Positions 40,184 to 50,107 of a stretch of DNA of 64,000 nt are shown here, piece after piece. The notes beneath the pieces are model-generated. The model was not told the DNA's origin, ran no database searches, and worked only from the letters and a program-made list of their open reading frames with translations. The DNA is from Candidatus Heimdallarchaeota archaeon (GTDB taxonomy: Archaea > Asgardarchaeota > Heimdallarchaeia > Heimdallarchaeales > Heimdallarchaeaceae), in NCBI GenBank assembly GCA_019057815.1, contig JAHLWR010000003.1, positions 128,001 through 192,000 of the forward strand, in the 5' to 3' direction. Position 1 is the first letter of the stretch; each line of letters opens with the position of its first letter. A program made the translations under genes and the position numbers.

Positions 40184-42130
40184 TTAATTCTTCTTCTTTC
40201 TTCTTAATACACCTATTGCAGTTAAAGCAATTAATGACAAAACTGTCCATAATTGACTGGAAGCTGCTTCTGTTATAATTCCTTGCGTATACATATCTAT
40301 TCCAGCGAAATCTTCTGCCTCCATTGTTATAGCTGTAGTTGTTGACTCTTCGATAGGTTCCTCGGGGTCATCTAATGCTGTTAGGATTATTGCTGTATAA
40401 CCTTTAATAACAAGACCATATTGTAAAGCAAGTGAGATAATTTGAGCTCGAAGAGCATCTGTGTCTCCTTCAAGAAGGACTTGATTGAGTAAGTATGAAA
40501 GGCGGTGTTGAGCCCAGATAGATTCAACGTATGGATAGATGGTAGACGCATCAGTAGCATAGTTGGAATAGATTTCGTCACCAGTAACATAGAGGATAGT
40601 TGTTTCTATAAGAATAGAGGTTTCATAAAGACCAGAGAGAGATACTTCACTCCCATTAAAGAACGGAGAGTCTTTTAGAGGAACTAGTGACGCTGTCAAA
40701 TAAGCGCCTTCAATATGTAAGGAATATCCGCTAGCGATAGGGGTAGCAAATTGTTTGTAGAAATCTATAATTTTGGTTGTTGCTTCCTCATCTGTTTGGA
40801 TAAAAGTGAAGAATCCATTGTTTTGTGAAGCCATATTTGCCATTAATCCTTCATCGGCACCATAACCGAAAGCAACAGCAGAAATAGACACTTTTTTGGA
40901 GTTCGCTTCGTTGATTGCAATTAATAGCCCAGGAGTATCAGTTATCGGGCCAGCAGTGGGTGCACCGTCAGAGAGGACAAGCATTACATTAGCTGCATTT
41001 GCCTCTGTGAAAGTCTCTAAACCTGTAATACAAGCATCATGGAAATTCGTACTTCCACCAGCCACCAAACTATTAACCCAGTCTTTTGCTTCCTGTTTGA
41101 AGGATGCTGAAGCTATATGTGGTTCATCCCAAAGTGTAGATACTTCTGTTTCGAAAGCTACAACAGTAAAGAGATCAATTTCAGATAAGTCATCAATTAT
41201 TGAACTGAAAGCGATCTTTGCTTGAGAGATTTTATCACCTCCCATAGAACCAGAAATGTCGATAACAAGAACATATTGTCGAGGGACTATATCTGAAACT
41301 TCTACAATGCTGGGAGCAAGAAGATAAGTAAAGAAATTGTGTGTTCCATTAGTATGTGTAAGCAACTGACTGCCACCAGTTTGACGTTCTAGTACATAAT
41401 TTAGAGTAAGTCCAGCTGGGATGACAAAATTAGTAGATGAATAAGTTAAACGGATTCCATTTGTTATGACTGTAGCCAGATATCCAACCAAACCGGTTAC
41501 TGAATATCCCTCTATGGATCCATAATTTGAGCAAATACTAACATCTAGATCAAAATCTGCTTGTAGTAAAGAAGTAGGAGTGGAAAAAGGTAGTATTAAA
41601 CTGTAAAGACCCAAATCTCTTGTCAGTAAACCTTCAAGAAATATGGTCAATAGTGCTTCTGTGCCGTTCTCAATATTCATATCGATAGTATAACCATTAG
41701 ACTCAGCTTTAACTAGAACTCCTGTAAGATTAGCTTCAACAGTCTCGTTGTAAATCTCTTCAGCTATCTCTACAGGTTTAATCCTACCCCAGTAGACAAG
41801 GTCACTCAAGGTAGCAGAAACATTGCTTAAGCGAATGCCATCTTGTACTTCGAAGAACCAACTGATTTCCGTTGCTTCAGCAGAAGCGGTATTATCGAAA
41901 CGTAATTCATAAGTGAAATTGGCATAATTATCAACGATATCGCCTTTGACTTCAACAGAATATGGAACAAGAGAATCTTGTGCTTGAGTGGAAACGGGGA
42001 AATAAATCAATGAACAGACAAATAAAAGGATGAGTATAAAGGAAAATTTCCTGATACTTAGGTTTTTAATAGTCTGTCCAAAAGATGTAAGAGAAGATTG
42101 AGTGTGAATAAATTGTTTCATAAATAACAT
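40184..42130 (-). CDS. VIT-vWA (ITIH-like) surface protein, copy A
   Basis: Signal peptide, VIT domain, MIDAS DISGSM..GGST..LSDG, C-terminal TM plus RRKKK. Confidence 0.88.
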   Translation of the reverse strand: MLFMKQFIHTQSSLTSFGQTIKNLSIRKFSFILILLFVCSLIYFPVSTQAQDSLVPYSVEVKGDIVDNYANFTYELRFDNTASAEATEISWFFEVQDGIRLSNVSATLSDLVYWGRIKPVEIAEEIYNETVEANLTGVLVKAESNGYTIDMNIENGTEALLTIFLEGLLTRDLGLYSLILPFSTPTSLLQADFDLDVSICSNYGSIEGYSVTGLVGYLATVITNGIRLTYSSTNFVIPAGLTLNYVLERQTGGSQLLTHTNGTHNFFTYLLAPSIVEVSDIVPRQYVLVIDISGSMGGDKISQAKIAFSSIIDDLSEIDLFTVVAFETEVSTLWDEPHIASASFKQEAKDWVNSLVAGGSTNFHDACITGLETFTEANAANVMLVLSDGAPTAGPITDTPGLLIAINEANSKKVSISAVAFGYGADEGLMANMASQNNGFFTFIQTDEEATTKIIDFYKQFATPIASGYSLHIEGAYLTASLVPLKDSPFFNGSEVSLSGLYETSILIETTILYVTGDEIYSNYATDASTIYPYVESIWAQHRLSYLLNQVLLEGDTDALRAQIISLALQYGLVIKGYTAIILTALDDPEEPIEESTTTAITMEAEDFAGIDMYTQGIITEAASSQLWTVLSLIALTAIGVLRRKKKN

Positions 42131-42154
42131 AGGATTCTAGCATTATAAAGTGTC

Positions 42155-42176
42155 TTTGTGTAATAATGAACACAAA
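42155..42176. promoter_or_regulatory. Palindromic operator TTTGTGT-N8-ACACAAA
   Basis: Just upstream of a TATA-like box of VIT-vWA copy A; recurs at 44699. Confidence 0.55.
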
Positions 42177-42191
42177 AAACGAGAAATTACT

Positions 42192-42494
42192 TTAATCTAT
42201 ATCATCATCGGGATTAATATCATAGACATCTGTTACAGGAGCTAATAGGTGTTTATACTTCCTTTTCTTACGAATATAGTTTACTAACCAACCAACAAAT
42301 ATAATGGAATTTAACGTAAGTGTTGCTAGCAATAATGCTGCAAAAAGCAAGGCTAAACCTATTACACCCAAACCTTCTGCTGTTGGCAATTTAATACCTA
42401 TGAAAATAGTGAATAGTGTTAATAAACCATCAATGATCAAAAAAGGCCATTTGATTAACTTTTGCCATAATGGAGGTTTTGATTTAAATCCCAT
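42192..42494 (-). CDS. Small two-TM protein
   Basis: Two hydrophobic helices with basic and acidic tail. Confidence 0.6.
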   Translation of the reverse strand: MGFKSKPPLWQKLIKWPFLIIDGLLTLFTIFIGIKLPTAEGLGVIGLALLFAALLLATLTLNSIIFVGWLVNYIRKKRKYKHLLAPVTDVYDINPDDDID

Positions 42495-42670
42495 AAACTA
42501 CAAAGATATAACTTATTTAAAATCATTTTGTGAAGATAGAACATAATAGGAGTTGAAAAATTGAAACTTCAAGAATTGCAACAAGTTTTAACATCTTTCT
42601 ACTAGAAGTATGAGCTTTCAATAAAAATGATTTAAAGAAAAAGAAAAAGAGAAAAGAAGTTTATGGTAAA

Positions 42671-44686
42671 CTATTCAGATTTCTGATTTTGATTCTTCTT
42701 TCTTCTCCTTACTTGTAGAATTATAAGCACAAATAATGATAAGAGGGCAAATAGCGGTTGAAGACTGCTTTCTTCTGTAGTCTTTACATCTGTGTTGATT
42801 TGAGAGGAGACATCTGTTGTTGATGTTATTCCTGTAGTAACAGCTGAAGTCATTGTTGTATATGGAGGATCATAATACCAATCATCTGTTGTAGTTATTA
42901 TAGTCTCTTCTGGTTCTTCTAATGATGTAATGATTATTGCAGTATAACCTTTAACAACAAGACCATATTGTAAAGCAAGTGAGATAATCTGAGCTCGAAG
43001 AGCATCTGTTTCACCTTCTAGAAGAACTTGATTGAGTAAGTAGGAAAGACGACGTTGAGCCCAAATAGATTCTACGTAGGGATATATAGTAGAAGGATCA
43101 GTAGCGGTATTGTAATAGCTTTCAGGACCGATAGCATACAATATAGTTGTATTAATAGAAAGAGAGGTTTCATAAAGTCCCGTAAGTAAAACCTCACTAC
43201 CATTAAAGAATGGAGAATCTTTTAAAGGAACTAATGAAGCGGTTAGATAGGCACCTTCAATATGTATGGAATATCCACTAGCAATAGGAATACCAAAATT
43301 TTTGTAGAATTCTAGAAGTTTAGTTGCTGCATCATCATCTGTTTGAATAAAAACAAAGAATCCATTGTTTTGTGAAGCCATATTTGCCATTAATCCTTCA
43401 TCAGCACCATAACCGAAAGCAACGGTTGAGATGGATACCTTCTTAGTATTTGCTTCGCTTACGGCTGTTAATATACTAAGTGTATTAGTTATCCCAGCAG
43501 TGGGTGCACCGTCAGAGAGGACAAGCATTACATTGGCCATGTCAGCATCTGTGAAAGTCCCTAAACCTGTAATACAAGCATCATGGAAATTTGTACTTCC
43601 ACCAGCTACCAAACTATTGACCCAGTCTTTTGCTTCTTGTTTGAAAGTCTCTGAAGCTATATGAGGTTCATCCCAAAGTGTAGATACTTCTGTTTCGAAA
43701 GCTACAACAGTAAAAAGATCAATTTCAGATAAGTCATCAATTATTGAACTGAAAGCGATCTTTGCCTGAGAGATTTTATCACCTCCCATAGAACCTGAAA
43801 TGTCGATAACAAGAACATATTGTCTAGGGACTATATCCAAAACTTCGACAATGCTGGGAGCAAGAAGATAAGTAAAGAAATTGTGTGTTCCATTAGTATG
43901 TGTAAGCAACTTGCTACCACCAATTTGGCGCTCTAAAGCATATTTCAGAGAGAGTTCAGCTGGTATAACTAAGCTTGTGGATGTATAAGTTAGACGGATT
44001 CCATTTGTTATGACTGTAGCTAGATATCCAACCAGACCAGTAACAGAATAACCCTCTATAGACCCATAATTTGAGCGTATACTCACATCTAGCTCAAAAT
44101 CCGCTTGTAACAAAGAAGTAGGAGTGGAGATTGGGAGGTCAAGACTGTAAAGACCCATTTTTCGAGTAAGTAAACCTTCAAGAAATATGGTTAAAATAGC
44201 TTCTGTACCGTTCTCAATATTCATATCGATAGTATAACCATTAGACTCAGCTTTAACTAGAACTCCTGTAAGATTAGCTTCAACAGTCTCGTTGTAAATC
44301 TCTTCAGCTATCTCTACAGGTTTAATCCTACCCCAGTAGACAAGGTCACTCAAGGTAGCAGAAACATTGCTTAAGCGAATGCCATCTTGTACTTCGAAGA
44401 ACCAACTGATTTCCGTTGCTTCAGCAGAAGCGGTATTATCGAAACGTAATTCATAAGTGAAATTGGCATAATTATCAACGATATCGCCTTTAACTTTAAC
44501 AGAATATGGAAGAAGAGGATCTTGAGCTTCAGAGGAAAGGGGGAAAAAAGCTAATGTACATATAAATAAAATAATGAAAAGAAAGGATAAAATTCGCTTG
44601 TTTACCTTAATTGAGGGCATTCTAGAAACTGTAGGAGAAATATTATGGTGAATATTTTGTTTCATAATTAATCTTAGCATAGACAC
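42671..44686 (-). CDS. VIT-vWA (ITIH-like) surface protein, copy B
   Basis: Close paralogue of 40184..42130. Confidence 0.88.
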   Translation of the reverse strand: MSMLRLIMKQNIHHNISPTVSRMPSIKVNKRILSFLFIILFICTLAFFPLSSEAQDPLLPYSVKVKGDIVDNYANFTYELRFDNTASAEATEISWFFEVQDGIRLSNVSATLSDLVYWGRIKPVEIAEEIYNETVEANLTGVLVKAESNGYTIDMNIENGTEAILTIFLEGLLTRKMGLYSLDLPISTPTSLLQADFELDVSIRSNYGSIEGYSVTGLVGYLATVITNGIRLTYTSTSLVIPAELSLKYALERQIGGSKLLTHTNGTHNFFTYLLAPSIVEVLDIVPRQYVLVIDISGSMGGDKISQAKIAFSSIIDDLSEIDLFTVVAFETEVSTLWDEPHIASETFKQEAKDWVNSLVAGGSTNFHDACITGLGTFTDADMANVMLVLSDGAPTAGITNTLSILTAVSEANTKKVSISTVAFGYGADEGLMANMASQNNGFFVFIQTDDDAATKLLEFYKNFGIPIASGYSIHIEGAYLTASLVPLKDSPFFNGSEVLLTGLYETSLSINTTILYAIGPESYYNTATDPSTIYPYVESIWAQRRLSYLLNQVLLEGETDALRAQIISLALQYGLVVKGYTAIIITSLEEPEETIITTTDDWYYDPPYTTMTSAVTTGITSTTDVSSQINTDVKTTEESSLQPLFALLSLFVLIILQVRRRKKNQNQKSE

Positions 44687-44698
44687 TTAAAAAGGTTC

Positions 44699-44720
44699 TT
44701 TGTGTAGAAGAAAACACAAA
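44699..44720. promoter_or_regulatory. Palindromic operator TTTGTGT-N8-ACACAAA
   Basis: Same arms and spacing as 42155, different spacer sequence. Confidence 0.55.
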
Positions 44721-44956
44721 AATACCGCAAATTACCAAAACGAATTTCTTCACACAATATAAACAAATTAAAAAATGATAAAAAAGATCGAAGTGACTCA
44801 TCTAGAAGAAAAATCGAAAGAAAAAAAGGAAAAGAGAGAAAGAATCTTATGTTTAATCTAGTAGAAACTAAAAGAAATACGATAAGAGAAAAAAATAGGA
44901 AAAAAGTAAGGTTAATATTGAATTGAAGAGTATAGTTACAAAGAGCATCTATTGAG

Positions 44957-45337
44957 GTGAAAAAGATTTCATCAGAAAAAAGGAATAAAACTGACAAAAC
45001 CAAAGAAAATTCTAGAGAAGAAAAAGAAAAGGAAGATGTTTTTCCTGAATTTTCACTACTATTAAGTAAAGATGATTCAATAAAAACTCCTTCAGAAACA
45101 CTAGAATCTTCTAAATTTGATGAACTATCCTTAGAAGATAAACCTTCTTCACCACTTGACTCTAGTCGTCTTAAAATTTTGCTGCCAGAATTGGATAATG
45201 AAAAATTGAAGGAATTACAAAAACTTATTATGTCTGGCTGTAATAGCGAAACTTGTGATCTTAGTGACTCCAAGGGTATTGACGTTCAAATAAATGCATC
45301 AGAGGGTGGAAAGAAAAAGAGAGAAAGGAAAATATAG
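44957..45337 (+). CDS. Charged low-complexity hypothetical protein
   Basis: ORF with GAGGTG at its start. Confidence 0.45.
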   Translation: MKKISSEKRNKTDKTKENSREEKEKEDVFPEFSLLLSKDDSIKTPSETLESSKFDELSLEDKPSSPLDSSRLKILLPELDNEKLKELQKLIMSGCNSETCDLSDSKGIDVQINASEGGKKKRERKI

Positions 45338-45424
45338 GTTGATTTTTTTGTACAATGGGGGAAGAAGAAAAAACTATCGAAAGTATATATATATTTGATA
45401 AAGAGTTAGAGTAAGTGTGATTTA

Positions 45425-46912
45425 ATGAAAAAGAGAACAACAATAATTCTACTAATACTTATATTTACAATCTACGCATCGAATACCAATGTACAAATAA
45501 ATGCTGAAGAGAATAATTATAGACTTACTTTACTAGAGTTGACTCCTCATGATCCAATATCGATAACCAGTGATAGCGATTTTGAGGTTTTTCCAGGCTT
45601 GGGAACATCTGAGAATCCTTATCTTATTGATGGTTACAATATCACAACAACGAGTACAAATGGTATTAATATTAGAGGTACAACGAAATATTTTACTGTT
45701 CGTAATTGCTATATTGATGCAGATAGCGATGGCATTTATATCGAAAATGTAGCAGATGGTACAGCAACTGTCATTAACAACACTTGCATCAACAATGCCT
45801 ATGGCATCGAGATTTGGGATTCTGTTAGTTCGACTGTCATTAACAACACTTGCATCAACAATGGCTTCAAAGGCATCATGCTTTCCTTTTCTGTTAGTTC
45901 GACTGTTACTAACAACATTTTTACTAATTGTGGTTTGTGTATAAACGAAGATAACACTGATGCATACATATCATATACTGTCGAGAATAATTGGGTGAAT
46001 GGTAAAAAACTAGGTTTTTACACTAACCTTGACTCTACAATCATTGCTGAACCAATTTATGGTCAGTTGATATTAGTCAATTGTACCAATATGACAGTAC
46101 GTGACCAAATATTAAATAACGCTACAATTGGTCTATTTCTCTGCTCCTGTACATCTTCAGCTATTATTAACAACATATGCAACAATGGCGACTACGGTAT
46201 CTATCTTTACTCTTCTGGTAGTTCGACTATTTCCAACAACACGTGCAGTAATAATTGGTTCAGCATTTCTCTTGTCTATTCTGGTAGTTCGACTGTCGCA
46301 AACAACACTTGTAGCAATAACCACTGGAGTGGTATCTGTCTTGGCCATTCTGGTAGTTCTACGGTGGCAAACAACACTTGCAGCAACAATGGTTACGGCA
46401 TCAAGCTTGATTATTCCAGTAGTTCGATTGTCACCAACAACACGTGCAACAACAATAACTACTGGGGTATCTTACTTTACTCTTCTGATTTTTGTGTCGT
46501 TGCTTACAATCTTCTACAAGAAAATGAATACTATGGAGTATGCTTAGGATTAGATTCTGATAATATTCTTATTCACCATAATACCTTTGTAGACAATAAT
46601 ATAGGAGGAACTTCGCAAGCTTGGGATGCAGGAGCTAACAACTTTTGGTATGATACTGCAACACTTGAAGGCAACTACTGGTCAGATTGGTCAGGAACAG
46701 GTTCTTATGTTATTGATGGCTCCGCAGGATTAGAAGATCTTTATCCTCTCGATGAACCTGCTGAATATTCAGTTGAATCTACTACAGATGAAAATCCATT
46801 AAGCTTTACATTTACTCTACTAATAGTAGTAGTTCCCTTAATGCTCACAAGGATAATCTCAAGGAAGGCAAAGAAAAATAGAACAGCTGTCAGAAACATC
46901 ATAGAAACGTAG
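45425..46912 (+). CDS. Beta-helix (NosD/CASH-like) surface protein, copy 1
   Basis: 22-23 aa repeats S.STV.NNTC.NN..GI.L; GNYWSD; C-terminal TM. Confidence 0.85.
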   Translation: MKKRTTIILLILIFTIYASNTNVQINAEENNYRLTLLELTPHDPISITSDSDFEVFPGLGTSENPYLIDGYNITTTSTNGINIRGTTKYFTVRNCYIDADSDGIYIENVADGTATVINNTCINNAYGIEIWDSVSSTVINNTCINNGFKGIMLSFSVSSTVTNNIFTNCGLCINEDNTDAYISYTVENNWVNGKKLGFYTNLDSTIIAEPIYGQLILVNCTNMTVRDQILNNATIGLFLCSCTSSAIINNICNNGDYGIYLYSSGSSTISNNTCSNNWFSISLVYSGSSTVANNTCSNNHWSGICLGHSGSSTVANNTCSNNGYGIKLDYSSSSIVTNNTCNNNNYWGILLYSSDFCVVAYNLLQENEYYGVCLGLDSDNILIHHNTFVDNNIGGTSQAWDAGANNFWYDTATLEGNYWSDWSGTGSYVIDGSAGLEDLYPLDEPAEYSVESTTDENPLSFTFTLLIVVVPLMLTRIISRKAKKNRTAVRNIIET

Positions 46913-47169
46913 TATTAACAAGAGCAAAACCTTCAACACTTCCATTTTTTTACATTCTTTATATATCAGACAATAGATATAAGTGAATCACATCTAAAGT
47001 CTTTCTTTTTTGGTTTTTTTAAAGATAGGAAGATATTAGAACGGATGGGTTTACCTCATTATTCTCAAATTGGTATATAAACTCGAAAAATATTCTCGTT
47101 AGGATTATTACAGAAGAATTCTTTGCACAAGATATATATTCGATAAAGAGTATAATTAAGTGTGATTTA

Positions 47170-48801
47170 ATGAAAAAGAAAACAACATTATTGTTAATTC
47201 TACTAATAATAACGTTGTCAATCTACGCATCGAATATCAATGTACAAATATCTGCAGAAGAGAATAAATACAGACCGATTTCGCTAGAGTTGTCAACTCA
47301 TGATCCAATTACCATTACTTCTGATAGCAATTTCACAGATTATGGTTTTCTAGGAACAGGAACATCTGAGGATCCTTATCTTATTGAAGGTTACAATATC
47401 ATAACAACGAGTACAAGTAGTATTCATATCACTGATACAACAAAATATTTCATTATTCGTAACTGTTATGTTGACGCAAACAACAATGGCATTTATATCA
47501 GGTTTGCAGCTGATGGAACAGCAACTGTGATTAACAACACTTGCAGCAACAATGGTGGAACTGGCATCTCGCTTTTCTTTTCTGGCAGTTCGACGGTGGT
47601 AAACAACACGTGTAGCTACAACGATTGGGGCATCTATCTTGAAACTTCTGGGAATTCGACTATCATTAACAACACTTGCAACGACAACGACCGGAATGAC
47701 ATCTCGCTTCGAAATTCTGGGAGTTCGACTATCATCAACAACACGTGCAGCAACAATAACAACTATGGCATCTATCTTTACTTTTCTAGCAGTTCTACGG
47801 TGGTAAACAACACTTTTACTAATTGTGGTTTATATATATACGAAAATACCCTCGATGCATATCTCTCTAACACTGTTGGAAATAATTGGGTGAATGGGAA
47901 AAAACTAGGTTTTTACACTAACCTTGACTCTATGATAATTACTGAACAAGTTTATGGTCAATTAATACTAATTAATTGTACTAATGTGATAGTACGTGAC
48001 CAAATATTAAATAACGCTACAATTGGTCTATTTCTCTACTCCTGTCCATCTTCAGTTATTATTAACAACACGTGCAACAACAATGGCTATGGTATCAGAC
48101 TTTACTTTTCTAATAGTTCTACTGTTGCCAACAACACGTGTAGCAACAACAATAGAAGTGATGGTATCAGTCTTTTCTTTTCTGACAGTTCGACGGTGGC
48201 AAACAACACGTGTAGCAACAACCACTCGGAAGGAATCTCTCTTCACTCTTCTGATAGTTCTACTGTCATTAACAACACGTGTAGCAGTAACAACTTGGAA
48301 GGGATCTATCTTTCCTCTTCTGATAGTTCGACTGTCATTAACAACACGTGCAACAACAATTTCAACAGAGGCCTCGTGCTTGGGTCTTCTGATTGTGTCG
48401 TTACTTACAATCTTATACAAGAAAATAGATGCTATGGAGTATACTCCACGCCTAGTTCTGAGAATAATCTTATTCACCATAATACCTTTGTAGACAATAA
48501 TCTAGGAGGAACTTCACAAGCAAATGATAGAGGTACTAACAATCTTTGGTTTGATACTATAACACTTGAAGGAAATTACTGGTCCGATTGGTCGGGAACA
48601 GGCAATTATTCTATTGATGGTGATGCTAACTCAGTTGATTACTTTCCTCTCGATGAACCTGTTGAATATCCTACAGATGAAAATCAATTGAACTTCACAT
48701 TTGCTCTCCTATTGTTAGTAGTTCCTTTATTCCTCAAAAGGATAATCTCAAAGAAGGTAAAGAAAAATAGACCAGCTGTCAGAAACTGCATGAGAAAATG
48801 A
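47170..48801 (+). CDS. Beta-helix surface protein, copy 2
   Basis: Paralogue with extra repeats and a duplicated upstream region. Confidence 0.85.
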   Translation: MKKKTTLLLILLIITLSIYASNINVQISAEENKYRPISLELSTHDPITITSDSNFTDYGFLGTGTSEDPYLIEGYNIITTSTSSIHITDTTKYFIIRNCYVDANNNGIYIRFAADGTATVINNTCSNNGGTGISLFFSGSSTVVNNTCSYNDWGIYLETSGNSTIINNTCNDNDRNDISLRNSGSSTIINNTCSNNNNYGIYLYFSSSSTVVNNTFTNCGLYIYENTLDAYLSNTVGNNWVNGKKLGFYTNLDSMIITEQVYGQLILINCTNVIVRDQILNNATIGLFLYSCPSSVIINNTCNNNGYGIRLYFSNSSTVANNTCSNNNRSDGISLFFSDSSTVANNTCSNNHSEGISLHSSDSSTVINNTCSSNNLEGIYLSSSDSSTVINNTCNNNFNRGLVLGSSDCVVTYNLIQENRCYGVYSTPSSENNLIHHNTFVDNNLGGTSQANDRGTNNLWFDTITLEGNYWSDWSGTGNYSIDGDANSVDYFPLDEPVEYPTDENQLNFTFALLLLVVPLFLKRIISKKVKKNRPAVRNCMRK

Positions 48802-48952
48802 AACAAAAGAATAGCTAGAGCTAATGCTTTAAACTTAAGAGTCTTTGTGTGTAGTATTAAGTATTCACAAGGTCATAACAAAGTTTATATACTAGAAACG
48901 AAGAAAGGTTTTAAAAAGTATTCGCAAAAGTTTAAAACTGTGAAAAATCTGG

Positions 48953-49030
48953 GGTCATCACGAGGGTAATACTCTCATTTTTTATTCTTATGCTCACTGA
49001 GATGAGAGATTCCACCTTCTTCGTTTGACC
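48953..49030 (+). promoter_or_regulatory. Long imperfect hairpin in the tfb leader
   Basis: GGTCA/TGACC, ACGA/TCGT, CTCTCAT/ATGAGAG nested pairs. Confidence 0.45.
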
Positions 49031-49054
49031 TATCAAATTGCATGGGGTAAAATA

Positions 49055-49996
49055 TTGAGTAAAAAGAAAGAAGAAAAATATGAAGAAGAAGAGGATAAAG
49101 AGTGTCCTGAATGTGGGAGTTTTGATGTTATTCTTGACCAAACTCGAGGCGAACATATTTGCCGAAATTGTGGTACTGTAGTTGAAGAGAAGCTTATTGA
49201 TGATGGTCCTGAGTGGCGTGCTTTCACTGCTGAAGAACGTTCCAAACGTAGCAGAGTTGGTTCTCCTACTACTATTACTATTCATGATAAAGGTCTCAGC
49301 ACTCAAATTGGTTGGGAAGACCGCGATGTTTATGGTAAGAAGCTTTCACCTAAACGTCGAGCACAAATTTACCGTTTGCGTAAATGGCAGATACGCACTC
49401 GTGTTCATAGTTCCATCGATCGTAACTTAGCTTACGCTATGTCTGAATTGGACCGTTTATCTTCACAGCTTGGTATTCCTCGCAGTGTCAACGAGACAGC
49501 AGCTAATATTTATCGAAAGGCTATTGAAAAACGTCTCATTCGCGGTCGTTCTATTGAAGCAATGATTGGTGCTACTGCTTACGCTGGTGCTCGTATCAGA
49601 CGTGTTCCTCGAACACTTGATGAAATTGCTCGTCACAGCCGTATCTCTAAAAAGGAACTTGGTCGCTGTTATCGTCTTATAATCCGCGAGCTTGAAATTA
49701 AAATTCCTTTAGCCAATCCTACAGATTATATAGTCAGATTTGCTGCTGAGCTACGCTTAAGTGGTCGAACTGCTCGAAAGGCTGTTGAACTTCTTAACAG
49801 AGCTAAAGAGCATAATCTTACAGCTGGTAAAGATCCTACAGGGCTTGCTGCAGCTGCTATTTACATCGCAGGTATCACTGAGAGTGAAAGACGTACCCAA
49901 CGTGAGATTGCTGAAACAGCTACTGTTACTGAAGTAACTGTTCGTAACAGGTACAAAGAGCTTGTTAGAAAACTCAAGATAGAGGTTACAATCTAA
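49055..49996 (+). CDS. tfb: Transcription initiation factor B
   Basis: CPECG..CRNCG Zn ribbon, GPEWRAF B-reader, two cyclin repeats, TEVTVRNRYKEL; exact start uncertain. Confidence 0.97.
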   Translation: MSKKKEEKYEEEEDKECPECGSFDVILDQTRGEHICRNCGTVVEEKLIDDGPEWRAFTAEERSKRSRVGSPTTITIHDKGLSTQIGWEDRDVYGKKLSPKRRAQIYRLRKWQIRTRVHSSIDRNLAYAMSELDRLSSQLGIPRSVNETAANIYRKAIEKRLIRGRSIEAMIGATAYAGARIRRVPRTLDEIARHSRISKKELGRCYRLIIRELEIKIPLANPTDYIVRFAAELRLSGRTARKAVELLNRAKEHNLTAGKDPTGLAAAAIYIAGITESERRTQREIAETATVTEVTVRNRYKELVRKLKIEVTI

Positions 49997-50107
49997 TATC
50001 TATTTCCTCTTCAAACCTTATTTTTTTTTGTAAAAACAAATCTTTTTCCATTTTCACTTTTTTCAAAGCATTTAAGTACGATTCCTATTTTATCTTTTTG
50101 GATACAA

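Noticed and set aside
44674-45273. 199-aa minus-strand ORF, and similar shadows at 15660, 27411, 46128, 48023 and 48932
   Set aside because: Phe/Ser-rich antisense or off-frame by-products of real genes or purine-rich DNA
45763-48390. AAC-rich repeats as a DGR template/variable pair or a CRISPR array
   Set aside because: The repeats are in-frame coding units; there is no reverse transcriptase, non-coding template, spacer or cas gene in the window
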